Shown here piece by piece: positions 11,812-30,894 of a stretch of DNA of 64,000 bases. Both the position numbers and the translations under genes were made by a program. Numbering within the stretch: position 1 is the stretch's first letter; each line of letters begins with the position of its first letter. The notes below the pieces were generated by a model. It was not told where the DNA came from. It ran no database searches and worked only from the letters and a program-made list of their open reading frames with translations. This stretch comes from Octopus vulgaris. Lineage: Eukaryota. The DNA is taken from the NCBI GenBank assembly GCA_951406725.2, contig OX597817.1:96286001-96350000 (forward strand), in the 5' to 3' direction.

Positions 11812-13577
11812 ATTTTATTACTACCCACAAGGGGCGAACATAGAGGGGACAATACAATCGGGGAACTTAAAATAAGAAAGCGAAATGACAAGAAGGGAAA
11901 AAATAAAAATAAAAATGACAAATGAAAGAATATTTACAATGAGATGCAAATGCCCACTCGATCCCCGGAATCGAGAGGTTACATTTTCGTCACATATAGT
12001 TCACAATTTTTTTCTCTTTTTTCTCTTCTTTCTTCTCTCTCCTCTCACAATCTCACACGTATTCCATAATACTTTTCAAGTCTCTAAAGTCAATCACTGA
12101 GCCCTCAGGCAGCCGCTCTTTCACTCGAACACCCGTGTAAAAAATTACACTCTCTCCAGCTGCTCTGAGGAACTCAGCGACTCTTTCTTCGGGGATCAGA
12201 GCAGTCTCCTGCCACTGATCAGTCATCCTGTTGACCCACACATGTCCCTCCATACTACATGTCAATTCCTTCATTTCGGGGCTGAAATGGAAGGTTATTA
12301 ACTTGTAGTAATCTTGTTTCCGTCCTACGTTTTCTCTCGTTTTTCTTTTCGGGCTTACTTCTTCCTTGTTCTCCTCTCTTTGTTTCTCTCTTTCTCTCTT
12401 TTTGCCTTCTTTTCTTTCTTCTTCCTTCTCTTGTCTTTTTGGTTCTTTGTCTGTTCTCTCTTTCTCTCGTGTTTTATGTTCCTTTTCTTTTTCTTTTTGT
12501 GTGCCGTCTTTTCTTTTCGTTTGGTTCTGTTCTCTCTCTTGTTTTTTTCCTGTTGTTTCTTTTTCCTTTTTCTTTTCCTGACTCTGTTTTGGTTCTATTT
12601 CTTTCTTTTCTTTTATTTCTTTTTCCTTCGTTGACTTATTATTTCCTTTCTCTTGTTGTTTTGTCTCCTTTTCTATGTTTTCTTTTTCATTTACCGTATT
12701 CTTCTTTTCTTCATTTTCCTTCTCATACTCCGCCATGAATTCATATAACGGGCACTCTTTTTTAATGTGCCCCCTTGTCCCGCACAAGTAGCAGTTTGGC
12801 TTTCTTCCCTCTACAATTACACTGAGGGTTTTCTCGTCTTCGATTTCTATTCTATAGGGGAACCTTTCAATGTCCTCTTTTGTGGCCATCAAACACAGTT
12901 CTACCCCATATCCTCTCCAATTTACTGCATTGGACTCCTTAAAGGATTCCACCTCCACTTCCTCTTCTGCTGCTCCTAGAATAGCTGTTGCCAGCCATTC
13001 TGTTTTTACTTCTGGGGGTATATTCGGGATTTTAACCCGGACCCCTCTTCTTCCCTTGTATGAGGGCCACATTATAAATGATTCCGCTCTTAGAACAGTG
13101 GTAGCCAGTGAGGCTGCAATTTCTTCCGTTGCACATCTCACCTCCACCGTACCAAATTTTTTCCTCTACTCACGTAGGTCGATTTATCCATTATGTCTCC
13201 CAGACATTTTTCGATCTCTGCTATCTCCACTCTTGCCAGTTTCTTTGTACTTTTGTCCTGGGTTCTATACGTTACAGTTTTGTTTTCCTTGTCCTCCTTT
13301 GCTTTCGCGGGGGGATTAGCTTCACGCTATCACCCTCCCTTTTGAATAGCTTTTCATATTCTTTGATTTTACTTTTCTCAAAGAAAACATCCTTCACGAT
13401 TATTGCCGAATCATTATTATTCTTTCCCGTGACCCCCGCGTAAGTCGCCATGACTAGTGGGTCAATTCACCTTCTTCTGAAGGTTTCCAAACGTGGAGGC
13501 AAACGCCTCGCGCGATATTAATCACTTTACACAACAAAATTTCACTGTCTAATCACAGATAACAACACGCAAATAGA
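11812..13577 (-). mobile_element. ORF1-only Tx1/L1-like non-LTR element, copy 1
   Basis: Short 5' UTR, one ORF (ATG 13451 to stop 12053), 240-nt 3' UTR ending in a tail shared with SINE family 2; no endonuclease or RT. Confidence 0.7.
12053..13451 (-). pseudogene. Gag-like ORF1p (RRM-like region, CCHC knuckle, K/E-rich tract); about 466 aa if two 1-nt homopolymer indels are corrected
   Basis: MATYAGVTG start; VRVKIPNIPPEV and VIVEGRKPNCYLCGTRGHIKKECP (CX2CX4HX4C) resemble Tx1-clade ORF1. Confidence 0.7.
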
Positions 13578-13590
13578 TTTCCTCCAGGTG

Positions 13591-15363
13591 ATTTTATTAC
13601 TACCCACAAGGGGCGAACATAGAGGGGACAATACAATCGGGGAACTTAAAATAAGAAAGCGAAATGACAAGAAGGGAAAAAATAAAAATAAAAATGACAA
13701 ATGAAAGAATATTTACAATGAGATGCAAATGCCCACTCGATCCCCGGAATCGAGAGGTTACATTTTCGTCACATATAGTTCACAATTTTTTTCTCTTTTT
13801 TCTCTTCTTTCTTCTCTCTCCTCTCACAATCTCACACGTATTCCATAATACTTTTCAAGTCTCTAAAGTCAATCACTGAGCCCTCAGGCAGCCGCTCTTT
13901 CACTCGAACACCCGTGTAAAAAATTACACTCTCTCCAGCTGCTCTGAGGAACTCAGCGACTCTTTCTTCGGGGATCAGAGCAGTCTCCTGCCACTGATCA
14001 GTCATCCTGTTGACCCACACATGTCCCTCCATACTACATGTCAATTCCTTCATTTCGGGGCTGAAATGGAAGGTTATTAACTTGTAGTAATCTTGTTTCC
14101 GTCCTACGTTTTCTCTCGTTTTTCTTTTCGGGCTTACTTCTTCCTTGTTCTCCTCTCTTTGTTTCTCTCTTTCTCTCTTTTTGCCTTCTTTTCTTTCTTC
14201 TTCCTTCTCTTGTCTTTTTGGTTCTTTGTCTGTTCTCTCTTTCTCTCGTGTTTTATGTTCCTTTTCTTTTTCTTTTGTGTGCCGTCTTTTCTTTTCGTTT
14301 GGTTCTGTTCTCTCTCTTGTTTTTTTCCTGTTGTTTCTTTTTCCTTTTTCTTTTCCTGACTCTGTTTTGGTTCTATTTCTTTCTTTTCTTTTATTTCTTT
14401 TTCCTTCGTTGACTTATTATTTCCTTTCTCTTGTTGTTTTGTCTCCTTTTCTATGTTTTCTTTTTCCTTTACCGTATTCTTCTTTTCTTCATTTTCCTTC
14501 TCATACTCCGCCATGAATTCATATAACGGGCACTCTTTTTTAATGTGCCCCCTTGTCCCGCACAAGTAGCAGTTTGGCTTTCTTCCCTCTACAATTACAC
14601 TGAGGGTTTTCTCGTCTTCGATTTCTATTCTATAGGGGAACCTTTCAATGTCCTCTTTTGTGGCCATCAAACACAGTTCTACCCCATATCCTCTCCAATT
14701 TACTGCATTGGACTCCTTAAAGGATTCCACCTCCACTTCCTCTTCTGCTGCTCCTAGAATAGCTGTTGCCAGCCATTCTGTTTTTACTTCTGGGGGTATA
14801 TTCGGGATTTTAACCCGGACCCCTCTTCTTCCCTTGTATGAGGGCCACATTATAAATGATTCCGCTCTTAGAACAGTGGTAGCCAGTGAGGCTGCAATTT
14901 CTTCCGTTGCACATCTCACCTCCACCGTACCAAATTTTTTTCCTCTACTCACGTAGGTCGATTTATCCATTATGTCTCCCAGACATTTTTCGATCTCTGC
15001 TATCTCCACTCTTGCCAGTTTCTTTGTACTTTTGTCCTGGGTTCTATACGTTACAGTTTTGTTTTCCTTGTCCTCCTTTGCTTTCGCGGGGGGATTAGTT
15101 TCACGCTATCACCCTCCCTTTTGAATAGCTTTTCATATTCTTTGATTTTACTTTTCTCAAAGAAAACATCCTTCACGATTATTGCCGAATCATTATTATT
15201 CTTTCCCGTGACCCCCGCGTAAGTCGCCATGACTAGAGGGTCAATTCACCTTCTTCTGAAGGTTTCCAAACGTGGAGGCAAACGCCTCGCGCGATATTAA
15301 TCACTTTACACAACAAAATTTCACTGTCTAATCACAGATAACAACACGCAAATAGATTTCGGA
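13591..15363 (-). mobile_element. ORF1-only Tx1/L1-like non-LTR element, copy 2 (tandem, 1779-bp period)
   Basis: Near identical to copy 1; I could see only three substitutions and two homopolymer indels. Confidence 0.7.
13832..15230 (-). pseudogene. Gag-like ORF1p, second copy
   Basis: Same protein; shifts at the G6 run (15088-15093) and a T run near 14275. Confidence 0.7.
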
Positions 15364-16060
15364 CAGGTGTTCAAATCTTCTTTTTTCTCTACATTGTATA
15401 CTTTATAGACAATAGTCTTTTCTTTAGTTTAATTTTTTATTATCCATCTGGACTATTCCATTTCTGCACACTAATTTTATTTTTAATTTATTCCCATTCA
15501 TGTGAAACCACTTATTCAAGTTCAAGTCATTGATGCAATTTTATACCAATTGCTATTTTTACTTTTGTTATGTTACGATTATATTATACTTTAGTTTGAT
15601 TTTAATTATTACTTACTACATATAATTCAATTGTTATTATTATTTTTATTGTTAAAGTGAAAGTATCTGACATAAAATAGAGAAATGTTTTTGTTTCACT
15701 TTTAACACGTAATACTGAAATAGTGGAGAAGATATGATATTGCTATGGGCTCGCTGTAGACAAGAAGTTGAACATTTTTTTGCCCACGAAACTACATGGA
15801 CCCTAAGTAAGGCATTTGTAAAATTTGAATGAAATTGGTTGTGTAGTTCTCAAGTTTTAGGGAATCGTAGTCGAGAAGATATGATATTGCTGTGGGCTCG
15901 CCCTAAGCAAAAAGTTTTAAAATTTTTTTTGCCGATGACACTCCCTGGACCCTAAGTAAGGCATGTGTAAAATTTGAATGAAATTTGTTGTGCAGTTCTC
16001 AAGTTTTAGGGAAACACACAGACAGACAGACAGACACATTCTCAGTTTTATATATATAGA

Positions 16061-16815
<755 letters not shown>

Positions 16816-19331
16816 TGATTGATTGATTGATTCTAGTTTCAGCTCATGAGCTGTGGCCATGCTGGGGCACCGCCATTTGGTGTTGCTACATGGTTTTACT
16901 TCACAAAAGCTTTTTAGCAACTGCCATTTGGTGCATGAGAGAGTTCGATGCAGCTGCCTTCATCTGCACCTCCTGCCGTGGAGTTGGTTCATCTGGGATA
17001 CCTGACAGGAAGAGATCCAGTTTCATTTTAAAGACATCTGCATCCACCCCATGCAGGTCTCTTAGGTTCTTCGGGAGGATATTGAAGAGCTGTGGGCCTC
17101 GGAAGCCCAGGCTATCACAGTATCTTGTCCTACATCTTGATGGCAAATTTGGAGTCCTTGGTATTACGCAGTGGCGTCCGGTTCTGGCATTTGTGTGACT
17201 CTCGATGCCAAAGTTTGGGACAAGTCCTTCCAGATATATATTATGGCATATCTTTCTCGCCTACGCTCCAGGGAATAGAGCTTTAATATCTTGAGTCTTT
17301 CCCAGTAGCTCATATGCTGCACAGAGGCTATCTTCTTCGTGTAGCTTCATTGGATCGCCTCGAGCTCTGTGATCAACTTGACACTGGATGGTGACCATAA
17401 CTGAGAGCAATAGTCAAAGTGGCTTAGGACAAGTGTCCTCCAGAGGACCATCATGGTTTCTTGTTCTCTTGTTCTAAAGGTTCTGAGAATCCAGCCAGCC
17501 AGCCGTCTACATTTTATTGCCAGTTTAGCAACATGTACATGAAAGGTCGCGTCATCACTCATGTGAATACCCAGGTCACGCACTGATTGTGCCTCTGGGA
17601 TTGCAATCCCTCCGGGTCCAGTGTATTCATTGGGTATTGCATTCAGTTTTGCATGCTGATAGTATAAAGCTTGAAACTTTTCAGCATTGAACTGCATGCT
17701 ATTCTTTTCAGCCCACTTGTATATTTCGTCCAGCTCACATTGCAGGTGCTTAGTGTCTTCAGGGTTCTGTATTGCCTGTGAAACTTTTGTATCATCTGCA
17801 TAACTTGTGATCGTGGCTCTCTGCGTGGCTGAGGGCATGTCTGAGAGGGCCATTATGAACAGTAGTGGTCCCAAAACAGTGCTCTGCGGAACACCGCTCG
17901 CTATTTGTGTGTTAATGGAAGTGGCCCCATTGGCTGCTACCACCTGACTTCTATTCTTCAGAAAGTCATGAAGCCATTCTCCCAATTTTCCAACTATACC
18001 AAGATCACGCAGTTTGTGACATATCATTCCATGATCGACTTTATCAAAGGCCTTTGCAAAGTCGAGATATATGACTTCCACATTTGAGTGGTTGAGCAGT
18101 TGTTTCAGCACCCAGTCATAGTGTTGTAGGAGCTGAGTTAAACAGCTTCTTCCTGGTCGGAAACCATGTTGGGTGTCAGGCAGCAAGTCATTTTCTTCAA
18201 GGAAGGTGATTAGTTTCCTTCTGACTATTGTTCCATGACCTTGCTGATGTGTGAGGTGAGAGAGATAGGTCTGTAGTTCTTGGCCTCTGCTCTGCTACCA
18301 CCTTTATGAATAGGACATATTTTACCTTCCTTCAGTTTTTTTGGAAGTTTGCCAGCTGCAAGGAAGCTCTGAAAGAGGATCTGCAGTGGTCTTGCTAGGA
18401 CTCTCTTACATACTTTTAGGAGGATTGCCGGGAATCCATCAGGGCCAATAGCTGATTCTGTTTTCATTTCATCTATGGCCTTTATTACATCGTCTTCCTT
18501 TATATCGATGTAATTTATCGTCGCCGCCTCTGATTTTATATCTGCAGTGGTAAAGAAGTCAGTTGGATTGGTGATTTGGAAATGCCCGAGGGATGGAGTG
18601 AAAACACTCTTGAATTGCTCATTCAGTATTTCACTTACCCTCATTGGTTTTCCTGTGAGTGTGCCATCCTTTTCAAGGAGTGGCCCTATCCTACAGTGCA
18701 CCGTAGCTGTTTCTTTGGCATACCTGTAGAAAGCTCTGGGGTTAGATTTTATGTTGTCTATAGCCCAGGCTTCTTTGTCTGCTCTTTCCTTTTCATGGGA
18801 GAGTTGCAGACATTTTCAATTTCCAACAGTTTTATTTTCAGGCGGGACTTTTCACTGCTTTCAATCTGTTTGTTTAGGCGATTTGAAATTTTTGTACGCC
18901 GTCTCATTAAAGATTTTCCTCTCTCTGGGGATTTTGTTCTTGTGTACAGTGGCCTTTCTCTCTGGGACACATTTGTAGCATATGGCTTGCGTTACAGACA
19001 TGAATTGTTGAAGTTTCACGTCGATGTCTGGCGAGGAGAGACATTTAGGCCAGTTTTGTTTGAGGATCTCTTTCTCAATTTGTTTCCAGTTTGCCTTATG
19101 GTAGTTCAAGCTGGAAAGATTCTGAGGGTTTCTTGTAGGCTGCATGTCCGTGCTCTCTTTTGGCCCATACATGGTCAGCTCTACCATGTTGTGATCCGAG
19201 AGTAGTGTCGGTGTCACTTTCACATTATGGATGAGATCCATATTATTTGTGAAGCAGAGATCCAGTGTGTTACTTGCCCTGGTTGGTTGGAGTATTACTT
19301 GCTCCATGTACAGGGTGTTGATGAGGTTCAT
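16816..19331 (-). mobile_element. CR1-clade LINE, 5'-truncated, disrupted ORF2
   Basis: Endonuclease end (TLDLCF, SDHNMV), RT motifs [21 protein letters not shown]; 3' stem and (AATC)n tail. Confidence 0.9.
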
Positions 19332-23711
<4,380 letters not shown>

Positions 23712-23753
23712 TAAGAGAGTGGTCACTATATTGATCATAGCACCAGTTAATCC

Positions 23754-23866
<113 letters not shown>

Positions 23867-23870
23867 CATA

Positions 23871-24245
<375 letters not shown>

Positions 24246-24247
24246 AT

Positions 24248-24301
<54 letters not shown>

Positions 24302-24330
24302 GTATTTTAAGCACAAAAATTCAACAAAAT

Positions 24331-24367
24331 CTGTTACTCTGAGTTTCTGTTGCCGTTCATCAGACAG
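24331..24367 (-). ncRNA. Minimal type I hammerhead ribozyme, inverted copy
   Basis: Reverse complement CUGU-CUGAUGA-ACGGCAACA-GAAA-CUCAGAG-UA-ACAG; one nt shorter in stem II. Confidence 0.65.
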
Positions 24368-24371
24368 TTAA

Positions 24372-24409
24372 CTGTCTGATGAACGGCAACGAGAAACTCA
24401 GAGTAACAG
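24372..24409 (+). ncRNA. Minimal type I hammerhead ribozyme (Penelope-type)
   Basis: CUGU-CUGAUGA-ACGGCAACGA-GAAA-CUCAGAG-UA-ACAG: stem I CUGU/ACAG, complete core, stem III CUC/GAG, GUA cleavage triplet; stem II weak. Confidence 0.75.
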
Positions 24410-24521
24410 ATTTTGTTGAATTTTCTGCTGCTTAAAATAAAGCATATTACTCTACCACTGGTATTTGAGTACTCTTTTTTCCACCTTGTTTCACATTTAT
24501 GTGTTTACTCCGGTCTATATA

Positions 24522-24572
<51 letters not shown>

Positions 24573-24689
24573 GTATATGTATATATATGTATATATATAT
24601 ATATATATATGTGTATATATGTATATGTGTATATATATATGTGTATATATATATATATGTATATGTATATATGTGTATATATATATGTG

Positions 24690-24756
<67 letters not shown>

Positions 24757-24921
24757 GTATATATGTATATATATGTATATATATATGTATGTATATATAT
24801 GTATATATATATATATGTATATATATGTATATATGTATATATATGTATATATATGTATATATATATGTATATATATATATATATGTATATATATATGTAT
24901 ATATATATATGTATATATATG

Positions 24922-25078
<157 letters not shown>

Positions 25079-25131
25079 GTGTATATATATATATGTGTAT
25101 ATATATATATGTGTATATATATATATATGTG

Positions 25132-25198
<67 letters not shown>

Positions 25199-25199
25199 G

Positions 25200-25434
<235 letters not shown>

Positions 25435-25441
25435 GTATATA

Positions 25442-25716
<275 letters not shown>

Positions 25717-25727
25717 GTATATATATG

Positions 25728-25760
<33 letters not shown>

Positions 25761-25767
25761 GTGTATA

Positions 25768-25837
<70 letters not shown>

Positions 25838-25928
25838 GTATGTATATATGTATATATATATGTATATATATATATGTATGTATATATATGTATATATATA
25901 TATGTATATATATATATGTATATATATG

Positions 25929-25977
<49 letters not shown>

Positions 25978-26040
25978 GTATGTATATATATGTATATATA
26001 TATATGTATATATATGTATATATATATATGTATATATGTG

Positions 26041-26085
<45 letters not shown>

Positions 26086-26086
26086 G

Positions 26087-26117
<31 letters not shown>

Positions 26118-26120
26118 GTG

Positions 26121-26177
<57 letters not shown>

Positions 26178-26178
26178 G

Positions 26179-26339
<161 letters not shown>

Positions 26340-26571
26340 GTATATATATATATGTATATATATATATATACACATATATATATATACACACACACACACA
26401 CATACATATATATATATACATACACACACATATATATATATACATATCTCTCTCTCTATATATATATATATAGATATATATATATATATACATATATATA
26501 TACATATACATATATAAATACATATATATATATACATATACATATATAAATACATATATATACATATATAT

Positions 26572-27200
26572 CATCATCATCATCGTTAAACGTCCATTTT
26601 CCATGCTAGCATGGGTTGGACATTTCAACTGGGGTCTGGGAAGCCAGAAGAATGCGCCAGGCCCAGTCTGATCTAGCAGTGTTTCTACAGCTTGATGCCC
26701 TTCCTAATGCCAACCACTCCGTGAGTGTAGTGGGTGCTTTTTGCGTGCCACCTGCACAGGTGTCAGATGAGGCTGGCAAATGGCCACGATCAGATGGTGC
26801 TGTTTACATACCACCGGCACAGGGGCCAGATGAGGCTGGCAATGGCCACAACCAGATGGTGCTTTTTACGTGCCACTGGCACAGAGGCCAGTCGGGGCAG
26901 CGCTGGCAACAGCCACGTTCGGATGGTTCTCTTACATGCCACCGGCACTGGTATCACAGCTACAATTTCCATTGATGTTGATCAATTTCGATTTTGATTT
27001 TCACTTGCCTCAACAGGTCTTCACAAGTAGGGTTTGTGTCACAAGAAGGAAAGGCATGCATAAGTGGGCTGGCTACGTCCCCGGTAGAGACCACGGGTTA
27101 TGGTCTCACTTGTCCTGCCGGGTCTTCCCAAACACAGCATACTTCCAAAGGTCTTGGTCTCTGGTCATTTCCTCGGTGAGACCTAAATTTCGAAGGTCAT
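26572..27200 (-). mobile_element. RTE 3' fragment (ORF end and 3' UTR)
   Basis: HDLRNLGLTEEMTRDQDLWKYAV ORF end; (cat)n tail. Confidence 0.88.
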
Positions 27201-30018
27201 GACATTCCTGAGAGACCTTGCGGCATGCAATCCAGCTATATGCATGGCACTCATAGAAACGCATCTTGGACCCAATATAGGGGATGCAGAAATACACATA
27301 CCGCAATATGCTGTCACACGCTCAGATAGAAAAGGGAGGAGCTATGGTGGAGTTGCAATGTACATCCGAGATGACCTCATGCCCCAGGTCCTATTGTCAT
27401 ATTCAAACTCAGTGTGTGACACTCAAACTGAATATCGTCATATATAACTACATATCGCCCACCAGATGCCCCAAATCACACAGGCATGTTTGAAGACTGC
27501 CTAACAAAAATAGGAGAAGTTCTCACCAACCTGGAACAACACAACATGGGTGACTTTAACTTCCTCAATGTGGAATGGCCTGGGGAGCAGAATGCTCCCA
27601 GGGATGACACACCATCAGAAGGCACAGGCAGAGTCCCTGCTCCATCTCACAAACGCCACTTTCATGGAGCAAATAGTGCTGCAACCAACAAGGGAAGATA
27701 ATATACTGCATCTCTGCCTCACAAACAATATGGATATTATCCATAATGTTAAAGTGATGCCGAAAATGATCTCGGATCACAACATAACAGAGCCGTCTAT
27801 GTATGGACCAAAAGCCTCTGCAGACACACAGCCTATACGAAACATCCACAAGCTCTCCAAATTAAACTTTCATAAAGCAAATTGGAAGTTGATTGAGAAA
27901 GAGATCCTCAAACAGGATTGGCCTAAATGTCTCTCCACACCGGATATTGACATGAAACACAAACACTTCATGTCCATAATACAAGCCATATGTGACAAAT
28001 ATATCCCAGTGTGCAGGGCCAACACACACAAAAACAAAAACAGGATCCCTAGAAAAAGGAAGATTCTTATGAGACGACGGACAAGGATTGCGAACCGCCT
28101 GAGCAAGCACACCAAAAGTGGTGAGAAGTCTCGGCTCAAGAGAATGCTAATGGAAATTGAGAAAAGTCTGCATCAGTCTCATGAAAAGGAGAGAGCAGAT
28201 AAAGAAGCTTGGGTAATAGAAAATATAAAGTCAAATCCTAAAGCTTTCTTTAAGTTTGCCAAAGAGACAGCCACAGCGCACCAGAGAATAGGACCTCTCT
28301 TCCAAAAAGATGGCTCCCTCACAGGAAATCCCACGGGGATAAGTGAAATACTGAACGAACAATTCCAAAGTGTATTCACTACACCTCTAGGACACAGGCA
28401 AGTAAACAATCCAGAAGAATTCTTTGCCTCTTTACCTGTGGCCAAAGAGGCAAAAATTGAGTACATCAACATTGAAGATGATGATATCACACTGGCCATA
28501 GATGAGATTGACACAAACTCAGCTGCTGGACCTGATGGATTTCCAGCGATCCTTCTCAAATCGTGCAAACAAGCCCTTGCAAAACCGCTACAGCTTCTTT
28601 TTCAGAGCTTTCTTGCAAGTGGTAAGCTCCCAGTCAAATTGAAAGAGGGGGTAATATGCCCTGTCCATAAGGGAGAAAGCAGAGCAGATGCTAAAAATTA
28701 TAGGCCTATCTCTCTGACCTCACACATCAGCAAAGTCATGGAATGAATAGTCCGCAAGAAACTAATCATGTTCCTTGAAGAAAATGACTTGCTGACTGAC
28801 ACCCAGCATGGATTTCGACCAGGTAGAAGCCGCCTAACACAGCTCCTGCAACATTATGACTGGGTGTTAAAACAGCTACTAAATGGCTCAAATGTGGATG
28901 TGATATATCTCGACTTTGCAAAAGCCTTTGATAAAGTCGACCATGGTATGATTTGTCACAAACTGCGTGGTCTCGGAACAGGCCTAAAACTTGGAGAGTG
29001 GCTGCACAACTTCCTAAAAGATAGAAAGCAAGCAGTTGTGACCAATGGAGCCACCTCCAAGGAAACACAAATAACAAGCGGTGTTCCACAGGGCACTGTC
29101 TTGGGGACACTGCTGTTCAGAGTGGCCCTTTCAGACATGCCTTCAGTTACTAAGATGGTCACACTTGATAGCTATGCAGATGACACAAAAGTCTCCCACA
29201 CAATACAAAACCCTGGAAATATTGCACATCTGCAACAAGAGTTGGATACAATATACAGGTGGGCTGAGGACAACAACATGCAGTTTAATGCAGGTAAGTT
29301 CCAGGCCCTGCGCTACCAGCACACAAAGGTAAACGACATGCAGACTCGATACAGTGGCCCAGGAAGAATTGCAATCCCTGAGTCAAAATCAGTGCGTGAC
29401 CTGGGCATTGACATAAGCAATGATGCCTCTTTCCAAGTGCATATTACTAATTTGGTGATAAAATGCAGACGGCTAGCTGGATGGATTCTCCGAACTTTCA
29501 GAACAAGAGAGAAGGAGACACTGATGGTCCTGTGGAAAACTTTCGTCCTCAGCCACTTGGACTACTGCTCCCAACTATGGTCACCACACAATATAAAACT
29601 AACAGCAGAACTCGAAGCAATTCATTGAAGCTACACAAAGAAGATCGTCTCAATGCAACATATCAGCTACTGGGAAAGACTGAAAGTATTAAAACTCTTC
29701 TCCCTAGAGTGAAGGCGGGAGAGATATGCGGTCATATACATCTGGAAAATCCTGGAGGGTCTTGTCCCAAACTTTGGCATTCAAAGTTACCCCAACCGCA
29801 GAACGGGGCGCTACTGCATGGTGCCAAAAATTCCAACATCACCATCAAAATACAGGACCAGATACTGCAACAGCTTGGGTTTCAGAGGACCACAGCTCTT
29901 TAACATCCTCCTTAAATGCCTGAGAGACTTGCATGGTGTGGATGTAGGTTTCTTTAAAACTAAACTGGATCTCTTCTTGTCGAGGGTCCCAGATGAACCT
30001 ACCTCACAATAGGAGCAA
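27201..30018 (+). mobile_element. CR1-clade LINE ORF2 (APE endonuclease + RT), disrupted, 3' tail missing
   Basis: [34 protein letters not shown] and YADDTK across ORFs 27199-30012. Confidence 0.9.
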
Positions 30019-30181
30019 ATACCCGCGCATCCCCTTTCATTTATTAATATAAAAAAAACAAATTACCACACAAGAACACGGGGTTTCTGCCCTTGGCTTC
30101 AACCGTATTTTCTGACGTGAATTTGCTACCCAGGTATCGATTAACTGAATTATCAATACTAGGATAATTCATTCACCTCCT

Positions 30182-30719
30182 TATATATACATATATATAT
30201 ATACATATATATATATGTATGTATATATATACATATATATACACATATATATACATATATATACACATATATATACACATATATATACATATATATACAC
30301 ATATATATATATATACATATGTATATATACACATATGTATATATACACACATGTATATATACACACATGTATATATACACACATATATATATACACACAT
30401 ATATATATACACACATATATATATACATATATATATATACATATATATATATACATATATATATATACATATATATATACATATATATATATATACATAT
30501 ACATATATATATACATATATATATATACATATATATATACACATATATATACATACATATATATATACACACATATATATATACACATATATATACATAT
30601 ATATATATACATATATATATACACATATATATACATATATATATATACATATATATATATACATATATATATATACATATATATATATATACATATATAT
30701 ATACATATATATATATATA
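30182..30719. repeat. (TA/CA)n microsatellite
   Basis: Direct inspection. Confidence 0.95.
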
Positions 30720-30894
30720 CATCATCATCATCATCATCATCATTTAGCGTCCGCTTTCCATGCTAGCATGGGTTGGACGGGTCAACTGGGGTCTGGGGAG
30801 CCCGAAGGCTGCACCAGGCCAGTCAGATCTGGCAGTGTTTCTACAGCTGGATGCCCTTCCTAACGCCAACCACTCCGAGAGTGTAGTGGGTGAT

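Larger units (their letters stand above)
11345..16060 (-). mobile_element. Non-autonomous Helitron carrying the tandem ORF1-only element
   Basis: Minus strand begins TCTATATATATAAAA...(TCTG)n at 16060 and ends hairpin + CTAG|T at 11345; two internal units of about 147 bp at 15726-16012; the 5' flank lacks the canonical A. Confidence 0.7.

Noticed and set aside
12314-14516. Phe/Leu/Ser-rich plus-strand ORFs resembling membrane proteins
   Set aside because: Antisense shadows of the K/E-rich tract of the ORF1 protein
15085-15100. Programmed -1 frameshift at the C6 run shared by both ORF1 copies
   Set aside because: C CCC CCG is not a typical slippery heptamer; a pre-duplication mutation or homopolymer error is simpler
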